From positions 18,656-82,655 of the forward strand of contig CACZFN010000006.1 of assembly GCA_902780505.1 (NCBI GenBank): a stretch of 64,000 bases of DNA, read 5' to 3'. The notes beneath the pieces were generated by a model. The model searched no databases, was not told the origin of the DNA, and worked only from the letters and a program-made list of their open reading frames with translations. The DNA comes from an uncultured Ruminococcus sp. GTDB lineage: Bacteria; Bacillota; Clostridia; Oscillospirales; Ruminococcaceae. A program made the translations under genes and the position numbers. Positions 29,373-35,817 of this stretch are shown one piece after another (positions within the stretch are counted from its first letter, which is position 1; each line of letters starts with the position of its first letter).

Positions 29373-29401
29373 ATTATAGCATTACTTTTGCGTTATGTCA
29401 A
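29373..29401 (-). promoter_or_regulatory. Consensus extended -10 promoter for the SUKH-like gene
   Basis: Minus strand: TTGACA (29401..29396), 17-nt spacer, TGc-TATAAT (29381..29373). Confidence 0.65.
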
Positions 29402-29416
29402 GAATAGCAGGGCAAG

Positions 29417-29445
29417 TTGACACTTGATTAAATTTGTGATATAAT
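29417..29445 (+). promoter_or_regulatory. Consensus extended -10 promoter for the LRR-dockerin gene
   Basis: TTGACA (29417..29422), 17-nt spacer, TGa-TATAAT (29437..29445). Flanked by CAAGT/ACTTG motifs (CAAGTtgacACTTGATT...AATCAAGT). Confidence 0.7.
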
Positions 29446-29477
29446 TTTAAAAAATCAAGTTCTTTTTATGTGATGTT

Positions 29478-29602
29478 AATAGGAGTTTGTGGGGCAAGGC
29501 AACGGATTTAAAATACAGTTTTGGGTAAAATGCATATGCGAAGGGGGTTTGGGGGGCGACCGCAAAGCCCCCCAATACTGCCTTGCCCCACAAACTCCTA
29601 TT
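29478..29602. repeat. 125-bp element bounded by a perfect 24-bp inverted repeat (element E2)
   Basis: AATAGGAGTTTGTGGGGCAAGGCA (29478..29501) and its exact reverse complement (29579..29602). Inner hairpin TTGGGGGGC/GCCCCCCAA (29549..29575). Lies in the 5' leader of the 29657 gene. Confidence 0.85.
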
Positions 29603-29656
29603 TATCGCAGGAACACTTTTATAAAAAGTAAGAAAATCAAAAAGGAGATAATTAAT

Positions 29657-31090
29657 ATGAAAAAGCTGATCGCAGGGTTGTGTTGTGCTTCACTTTTATT
29701 CGGTGCAGCGGCACAGCTGCCGCAAGGGTATACCGATTCGGGCATCTATGCAGCGGCGGCAGAATACACATATCAAAATTTTAAATACGAGCTGCTTTCG
29801 GACGGGACAGCTGCGATCACGGGATACACAGGTTCGCTTAGCAAGCTGCAGATACCCTCGGCTTTAAACGGCAAAAAGGTGACAAGGATAGCAGACAGTG
29901 CGTTTTCGGGGAACGAAAAGCTAACAAGTGTGACTATACCGAGTGGTATACGAAGCATTGGCGGCAATGCTTTTGAAAACTGCGTTGATCTTGCTGATAT
30001 TACTATATCAATGGGCGTAACAGGTATAGGCGATTACGCATTTGGGGGCTGTGAAAGCATTAAAAGCATAGCGATACCGAACAGTGTCCTTGATATGGGC
30101 GACTTTACTTTTTGGGGCTGTTCGGGGCTTAAGGAGATAGTCCTGTCAAAAAGCCTTACGGAGATAGGGGATCACTTATTTGCTTACTGTAGGAAATTAA
30201 AGACGATAACCATACCCGACGGTGTTGAGAGTATCGGTTCGGGGGCATTTATGGAATGTTCCGAGCTTGAAAGCGTTGATATTCCCGATTCGCTTACGAC
30301 GATACTATCAAATTCTTTTGCAAGCTGCAAAGCGCTTAAAAGCATAACGATACCCGCAAAATGCACGAATGTATTCTTGGAAAACCATATTTTTGACGAC
30401 TGTGACAGCCTTGCCGAGATAAATGTAGCAAGAGGGAACAGCAAGTACACATCGATCGGGGGTGCTGTTTACACGATAGACAGAAAGACATTGGTGGTTT
30501 TCCCGACGGGCAAAGAGAGTGCGGCACTGCCAAGCGGCGTGACCACCATTGGCAATAACGCATTTTACTCAAACAAGGCGCTTAACAGCGTGACTATGCC
30601 TGAAAGTGTAACAAGCATCGGCAAGGAAGCGTTTTTGGGGTGTACAGGGCTTGAAAGTATAACTATCGGTTCGGGTGTAAAGACAATTGGGGAGGAAGCT
30701 TTTGTAAACTGTTCCTCTTTAAAGACGATAACTATTCCCAAAAGCGTGACCATGATAAAATCAAAGGGTGTGGGGTATGACGCAGACTTTCTGACATACA
30801 CAAAGAATGATGACATTATAATACGCGGTTACAAGAGCACTATCGCGCAGCAGTATGCAAAAAACACAGGGATCACATTTATTGATATTGATGCAGCGAA
30901 AAAGGGTGATGTGAACTTTGACGGCGCTGTAGGAATGGCAGACCTTACAAGGCTTCAGCAATACCTTGCGCAGTGGGACGTAAAGGCAGACCTTGATGCT
31001 GCCGAGGTCACAGGGGACAATAAGCTGACAATGGCAGACCTTACAAGATTACAGCAATACCTTGCAAATTGGGACGTAAAGCTTGGATAA
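29657..31090 (+). CDS. BspA-type LRR surface protein with signal peptide and C-terminal dockerin
   Basis: Start moved to MKKLIAGLCCASLLFGAAAQ (AAAGGAG RBS). LRR units IPxxVxxIGxxAFxxC. Dockerin GDVNFDGAVGMADLTRLQQYLAQWDV / AEVTGDNKLTMADLTRLQQYLANWDV. Confidence 0.9.
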   Translation: MKKLIAGLCCASLLFGAAAQLPQGYTDSGIYAAAAEYTYQNFKYELLSDGTAAITGYTGSLSKLQIPSALNGKKVTRIADSAFSGNEKLTSVTIPSGIRSIGGNAFENCVDLADITISMGVTGIGDYAFGGCESIKSIAIPNSVLDMGDFTFWGCSGLKEIVLSKSLTEIGDHLFAYCRKLKTITIPDGVESIGSGAFMECSELESVDIPDSLTTILSNSFASCKALKSITIPAKCTNVFLENHIFDDCDSLAEINVARGNSKYTSIGGAVYTIDRKTLVVFPTGKESAALPSGVTTIGNNAFYSNKALNSVTMPESVTSIGKEAFLGCTGLESITIGSGVKTIGEEAFVNCSSLKTITIPKSVTMIKSKGVGYDADFLTYTKNDDIIIRGYKSTIAQQYAKNTGITFIDIDAAKKGDVNFDGAVGMADLTRLQQYLAQWDVKADLDAAEVTGDNKLTMADLTRLQQYLANWDVKLG

Positions 31091-31316
31091 AAAAGCCACC
31101 TCTAAGGGTGGCGGGTTTAAAGAAGCTTATGTGTTTTATCGGGGGAAACCCTTTTGAAGAAAGGTTCTCCCCCGAACCCCCTTCCAAAGACTTCTAATTT
31201 AATTACCCCTAAAGGGCATATGCCCTTTAGGGGTAATTAGGTCAAAAGTTTTAGGAAAGGGGCCTGTAGAACACGTAAGCCCTTTTAAGCCCGCCACCCA
31301 TAGAGGTGGCTTTTTT
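31089..31316. repeat. 228-bp palindromic intergenic element (E4): 34-bp imperfect terminal inverted repeats and an internal 38-bp perfect palindrome
   Basis: 31089..31122 pairs with 31283..31316 (2 mismatches), and each arm is itself a GCCACC/GGTGGC hairpin. AATTACCCCTAAAGGGCAT|ATGCCCTTTAGGGGTAATT at 31201..31238. GGGGGAAACC/GGTTCTCCCCC at 31141..31172. Confidence 0.85.
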
Positions 31317-31333
31317 ATATCATATGAAGCTTA

Positions 31334-32332
31334 TCAGACGCTTGAATGGCTCTTAACGTACTCAACTACTTCATCAACTGTTGTGAACGCAAGGCTTACG
31401 CAGGTATCTGCACAGCCATAGTAGATCGCGATCCTGCCGGTATCTGCGTCGCAGAGTGTAGCACAGGGGAAGGTAACGTTCTGAACGTCGCCGACTGTTT
31501 CGTAGATCTCACGGGGGTTGATAAGGTATTCAGCGCAGCGGTACTTGACCTTCCAGGGCTCGTTTATATCAAGTATGCAGGCGGAGAAGCTGTATACAAA
31601 GCCGTTGCAGCTCTCTAATACGCCGTGGTAGAAGCACAGCCAGCCTTCACTTGTTTCGATCGGGATCGGGCCTGCGCCTATCTTCTTGGATTCCCATGCC
31701 TTGAGGGGCCCCATAACGTGTCTGTGCTCGCCCCAGTATTTCATATCAGGCGACTGTGAGAGGTACATATCACCGAAAGGTGTATGGCCTGAGTCGGAAG
31801 GACGAGAGAACATTACATACTTGCCGTTTATCTTTCTTGGGAAAAGAACGCCGTTTCTGTTAAAGGGAAGGAATGCATTCTCACACTGATAGAATGTCTT
31901 GAAATCGAAGGTATAGCCAACGCCGATAGTAGGCTTCCAGCCATAGGCGTTGCACCATGTTACCCAGTATCTGTCTTCAATGAAGCATACTCTCGGATCA
32001 TAGCCGTAGCCCCACTGGTTTACATCTTCTGTTGACTTGTCAGCCTGCTCGAAAACTATTCTGTCCTCGCTGATGTTCCAGTGGATAGCATCATCAGAGA
32101 AGCCTACGTGAAGCTCCATATTCCTCTGCTTGTCGTCAACTCTGAAAACGCCTGCGAATTTGCCGTTAAAGGGAACCACAGCGCTGTTGAAGATAGAGTT
32201 GGACATTTTGAGCTGGTTTCTGGGGATAATAGGGTTAGCATCATACCTCCAGATGACATCATCACAGCCTGCGGGCTTTTCCTGCCAGGGCATATTCGGG
32301 ATAGACTGACCGTTGATTACCTTTACGTTCAT
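31334..32332 (-). CDS. GH130 beta-1,4-mannoside (mannosylglucose/mannooligosaccharide) phosphorylase
   Basis: Start at [20 protein letters not shown] (GGAG RBS). [54 protein letters not shown] are typical GH130. Confidence 0.85.
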   Translation of the reverse strand: MNVKVINGQSIPNMPWQEKPAGCDDVIWRYDANPIIPRNQLKMSNSIFNSAVVPFNGKFAGVFRVDDKQRNMELHVGFSDDAIHWNISEDRIVFEQADKSTEDVNQWGYGYDPRVCFIEDRYWVTWCNAYGWKPTIGVGYTFDFKTFYQCENAFLPFNRNGVLFPRKINGKYVMFSRPSDSGHTPFGDMYLSQSPDMKYWGEHRHVMGPLKAWESKKIGAGPIPIETSEGWLCFYHGVLESCNGFVYSFSACILDINEPWKVKYRCAEYLINPREIYETVGDVQNVTFPCATLCDADTGRIAIYYGCADTCVSLAFTTVDEVVEYVKSHSSV

Positions 32333-32509
32333 TTTAACTCCGCCTTTCATATAAAAATTCAAATTATTTACAAGACCAAAATCTCTATCTATATTAAAAC
32401 ACATTTTTTAAAATATTTCAAGCCCCCCTGTGCCTATGAAAACGATTAAAAAAATGATGTAAACGTATACTTCAAAAGTTTAACATTTTGTTCACAACTA
32501 AAAGGGCAT

Positions 32510-32540
32510 AAAAAACCCGCAGAGTTGACTCTCTGCGGGT
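32510..32540 (-). terminator. Intrinsic terminator after membrane protein gene
   Basis: ACCCGCAGAG-TTGACT-CTCTGCGGGT, with a T-run on the minus strand. Confidence 0.75.
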
Positions 32541-32545
32541 AAAAC

Positions 32546-33154
32546 CTATCTGTGTGATCTGAAAATAAGTATCGGTTCAAAGCCGTTTCTGCCGCGTTTA
32601 AGCCTTACTGCCCGTATAAGCGAAAGAAGCGTATCGGCAAACAGCACTGCTGTAAAGCCCAGCATAAATATAAGCCCGACGTTTATCATTAACGAGTCGA
32701 TAGCCGTTTCAAGGCGGGGCTCGATAATATGTATCATAAGTATACCGCTTATACCGAACAGCAGAGTATTCCTAAGGCAGATAAGCCCCCTGAAATTAAA
32801 GCGCATATGCGAATAATCCCACCAGCGGGCGTTAAACGCCTTTTCAAGCCCTGTGCCGACGAGCAGCTCAACAAAAGTACATATGACCATTGAGCCTAAG
32901 AACAGCCCCACATAATTATCGCGCATATCCTTAAAGAGTATATTCATCAGCAGCATACCCACGCCGTAGATCGGGCAGAAAGGGATATGCAGAAACCCGC
33001 GGTTCTGAAGCTGCCTGGTTTCTATCAGCATATCGACAACTTCGATAACCCAGCCGACGACACTCCAGAAACAGAATATACAAAACATCTGATAAAGGCT
33101 GTACCCCACATAAGGAAGATCCGTCAGAACACGCTGAAAATAAGTGTCTATCAT
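32546..33154 (-). CDS. Multi-pass membrane protein (putative ABC-transporter type IV / PF06541-like)
   Basis: FCFWSVVGWVIEVV...NRGFLHIPFCPIYGVG resembles that family. About 5-6 TM segments. Confidence 0.55.
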   Translation of the reverse strand: MIDTYFQRVLTDLPYVGYSLYQMFCIFCFWSVVGWVIEVVDMLIETRQLQNRGFLHIPFCPIYGVGMLLMNILFKDMRDNYVGLFLGSMVICTFVELLVGTGLEKAFNARWWDYSHMRFNFRGLICLRNTLLFGISGILMIHIIEPRLETAIDSLMINVGLIFMLGFTAVLFADTLLSLIRAVRLKRGRNGFEPILIFRSHR

Positions 33155-33326
33155 AATCGTTCCCTCGATATTCTACATTTGATGATCATCTATCTATCTA
33201 TTTATAAGTAAATAATAGCAGAGTGCAAAGATTTTGTCAATGCTTTCGGCATTTTTTGCACAAACAAGACAAATTTCGGTCAAAAAAATGATATATTTTC
33301 ACATTTTATCACATATTCTTTTATAT

Positions 33327-35420
33327 TTACCGGGCATACTGTTCAAATATCCTGTAGTATTGCAGATATCTGTATTTTTCCATAGCCTCGGTATCCTTAT
33401 CTGCTGAATCCTCACGCTTATGCCATACCTTATCGCCGTCAACATAGCCGAAGCTTGTGACTACAGGGAGGTCAGGCCTCAGACTTTCAAGGAAGTTCTG
33501 ATAATCGCTCTTAGGCAGGCCGCAGACATCCATTAGTTCGTTGCTCAGGTAGTTTAAGCTTATCAGGTTTTCCTCCCTGTCCTCGATATCATAATTTGCC
33601 CAGATAAAGAAAGGCGTCTGGTGGCTCTTACAGAATTCATCAACAGGCAGGTCGTTTAAATTCTTTCCGAGCATATCGTCATAGAAGCCGCCTATATGCG
33701 GGTAATGGTCGCCGAAGAACACGATAACGACATCTTCGTCGACATTTTTGAAGTAATCTATAAGGTTTCCCACTGCCTTATCTGCTTCGTAGATCGAGTT
33801 TAAATATATCTGTGCCTGTTCGTTATCGGGCTTTGTTATGTCAACAGGTTCGTGGTCACTTTTTTCCTCGGAATTATAGGGAGCGTGGTTTTGCATGGTA
33901 GTTACCCACACAAACATACTTTCGTCCTTCGGCTTATTCTTAAATTCCCGTTCGACTCTCCTGTAAACGGAATCGTCGGAGATATTGCCGTTTATATACT
34001 CAACGTTGGTAAGCCCCACATTATCTTTGAAATAAGCTTTATCAAAGCCGAAGTGCTTATATGCGCTTTCTATCTTCCACAGCCCGCGCCTGCAGCAGGT
34101 AAGGGCAACTGTATTATAGTCAAGTGAATTGAGGTGGCTCACAAGGCTGTCCATATCGTTATTCATATACTGTGTGAAAGTAGCGCTGCCTGAGGGCAGG
34201 AAATACATGGAGTTGCCGGTTAAAAATTCAAATTCACTGTTACAGGTATATCCGCCGTATGGTGAAACGGTAACATAGCCCTTTATACAGTTATCAAGCG
34301 AACGGATATTGGGCATATAATCCATATTGACATCAATATCGCCGAGGTGTTCGATATCAGCGAAGCTTTCGTTGAGTATTGCGATTATCGTGGGTGAGCG
34401 TTTCTTTGTCTTGTCAGCCTGTTCAAACTCCGCAAGGCGTGAAGCGGCTTCGTCCTTATCAAAGCCCTCTGGTATGACAACATGGTTTTTGAGCACGTCA
34501 TAATAGAAAGCCAGAAGCCCGCCTACGTCCTGATAGGTATCGGTATCCTCGCCCATTGAGAAATTGAAAAGCACTATCCTGTTATTGAGCCCATAGCTGT
34601 ACACAGCTTCCGCCGAGAAATAGAAGCCCACACACATACAGGCAAGCACGCCTGCGCCGACAGAGCGATATTTAAGCGGCTTTTTAAGCTCACTGAGCCT
34701 GAATGTCCATATACACACAAGCATCAGTACGGAGTCGATAAGTGCAAAGAGCACGATAAAAGAGAAGGTGAATTTATACTCGTCGCTTATTTCCATAGCG
34801 CTTGTAAGGTTTGCTATATCCGATGCCCTGATAGGGCCGCCGCGGAATATAACGATATAATACTGCATCACAGCATAAAATGCATAGAAAAGGGTAAAGA
34901 TCGTCAGAAGTATCCTTGTGATGACCTTACGCTTTGTAAACGCAACACTCAGAAAATAAAAGATAAAATAAAGCAGTATGCCGACTAATATATTCGGGAA
35001 ATACGGTTTTATGAACCGACGCATATGCAGGCCGTTTTTTGCAAGATCGGTAGGAATGATATATAGGCAGAATTCATTCACAAAGTAGAAGTTTGCCGCA
35101 AGGAGCCCCGCAAAGAAGTATCTGTTTATATATATGCCCTTGCTTTTTTTTATGCCCCACCCGCAAACACCGAGTGAAAGCACACCGGACACAAGGCACA
35201 CCACAGCGACAGCTGTGAACTTGCCGTCGTTTACCTTTGCAAATTCAGCGAACCCGGCTGATGCGAGCAGGAATATAAACGCCCCCAGCGCACCCCAGAG
35301 GAACCTGAATGATGATATAAGCCCGGGCAGTTTTTCATTTTCTTTTATCTCTGTCTGAGCTGCAGGGACGGCATCTGTGGTTTCTAAATCTGTTTTGTTT
35401 TCGTTTTCTGTATTTTCCAT
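33327..35420 (-). CDS. LTA synthase-family sulfatase-fold membrane protein (phosphoglycerol transferase-like)
   Basis: Start moved to MENTENENK (AGGAGG RBS). N-terminal polytopic region. Extracellular domain IIAILNESF, TCNSEFEFLTGNS, VFFGDHYPH. Confidence 0.8.
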   Translation of the reverse strand: MENTENENKTDLETTDAVPAAQTEIKENEKLPGLISSFRFLWGALGAFIFLLASAGFAEFAKVNDGKFTAVAVVCLVSGVLSLGVCGWGIKKSKGIYINRYFFAGLLAANFYFVNEFCLYIIPTDLAKNGLHMRRFIKPYFPNILVGILLYFIFYFLSVAFTKRKVITRILLTIFTLFYAFYAVMQYYIVIFRGGPIRASDIANLTSAMEISDEYKFTFSFIVLFALIDSVLMLVCIWTFRLSELKKPLKYRSVGAGVLACMCVGFYFSAEAVYSYGLNNRIVLFNFSMGEDTDTYQDVGGLLAFYYDVLKNHVVIPEGFDKDEAASRLAEFEQADKTKKRSPTIIAILNESFADIEHLGDIDVNMDYMPNIRSLDNCIKGYVTVSPYGGYTCNSEFEFLTGNSMYFLPSGSATFTQYMNNDMDSLVSHLNSLDYNTVALTCCRRGLWKIESAYKHFGFDKAYFKDNVGLTNVEYINGNISDDSVYRRVEREFKNKPKDESMFVWVTTMQNHAPYNSEEKSDHEPVDITKPDNEQAQIYLNSIYEADKAVGNLIDYFKNVDEDVVIVFFGDHYPHIGGFYDDMLGKNLNDLPVDEFCKSHQTPFFIWANYDIEDREENLISLNYLSNELMDVCGLPKSDYQNFLESLRPDLPVVTSFGYVDGDKVWHKREDSADKDTEAMEKYRYLQYYRIFEQYAR

Positions 35421-35436
35421 TGATTTCTCCTCCTTT

Positions 35437-35477
35437 TTAAGGCAATACCGCACAGATTTTGTGCGGTATTGTTTTAA
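35437..35477 (-). promoter_or_regulatory. 5'-leader hairpin abutting the RBS (shares a 17-nt motif with E1)
   Basis: CAATACCGCAC-loop-GTGCGGTATTG (35443..35471), extendable by TTAA/TTAA. Minus-strand GTGCGGTATTGCCTTAA ends 16 nt before the ATG. Confidence 0.6.
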
Positions 35478-35505
35478 TTGTTCTCTACATAGTTTTACAG
35501 GATAT

Positions 35506-35534
35506 ATTATACTATTATTCCCTTGTTTTTTCAA
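35506..35534 (-). promoter_or_regulatory. Promoter for LTA-synthase-family gene
   Basis: Minus strand: TTGAAA (35534..35529), 17-nt spacer, TATAAT (35511..35506). Confidence 0.6.
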
Positions 35535-35614
35535 GCAAATGGCACAAAGACTGTCGTTTTTGACAAATTGGGCGGGGATTTATCATTGTTTTTGGTTTTT
35601 ACAGCAAAACAAAT

Positions 35615-35650
35615 CCTGACACCGCATGGTTTGCACGGTGTCAGGACGTT
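35615..35650. terminator. Terminator downstream of the feo operon
   Basis: CCTGACACCG...CGGTGTCAGG. T-rich on both sides (minus: ATTTGTTTTG; plus: ACGTTTTTATT). Confidence 0.75.
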
Positions 35651-35651
35651 T

Positions 35652-35804
35652 TTATTCTGTATCATCTTTTTTCCTGCATTTTTTGCTGCATCCTGCACAG
35701 CCGCAGCCGCACCCGCCGTTTTTAGCGTTTGACACTGTCTTTTTTACAGCCAGTATCACTATCACGGCTATTACAGCAATAAGGATCACATCTGCCGTAT
35801 TCAT
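35652..35804 (-). CDS. FeoB-associated Cys-rich small membrane protein (not in ORF track, 50 aa)
   Basis: Hand translation: MNTADVILIAVIAVIVILAVKKTVSNAKNGGCGCGCAGCSKKCRKKDDTE. AGAGGTG RBS. Directly downstream of feoB. Confidence 0.75.
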   Translation of the reverse strand: MNTADVILIAVIAVIVILAVKKTVSNAKNGGCGCGCAGCSKKCRKKDDTE

Positions 35805-35817
35805 AACTTCACCTCTG

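Noticed and set aside
29549-29575. GACCGCAAAGCC inside E2 resembles the ACGCAAAGCC core of the GEMM-I c-di-GMP riboswitch, which is attractive given the nearby c-di-GMP genes and the surface-protein target.
   Set aside because: Here the motif sits in the loop of a simple G/C hairpin. There is no GGCAAACC partner, no GNRA-capped P2 and no three-way junction, and the 24-bp perfect outer stem is atypical. It should still be settled with an Infernal scan.
29489-29656. In-frame 56-codon N-terminal extension of the LRR gene offered by the ORF track (GTG at 29489).
   Set aside because: It runs through the E2 inverted repeat and has no RBS. The signal peptide begins at the ATG at 29657, which has an AAAGGAG RBS.
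31131-31199. 22-codon ORF (MCFIGGNPFEERFSPEPPSKDF) inside E4.
   Set aside because: It has no RBS and lies within nested palindromes. It is most likely a chance ORF.
33327-35534. Track start at 35534 for the LTA-synthase-family gene (735 aa).
   Set aside because: The extension would begin inside the -35 box and read through the leader hairpin. The ATG at 35420 has an AGGAGG RBS.
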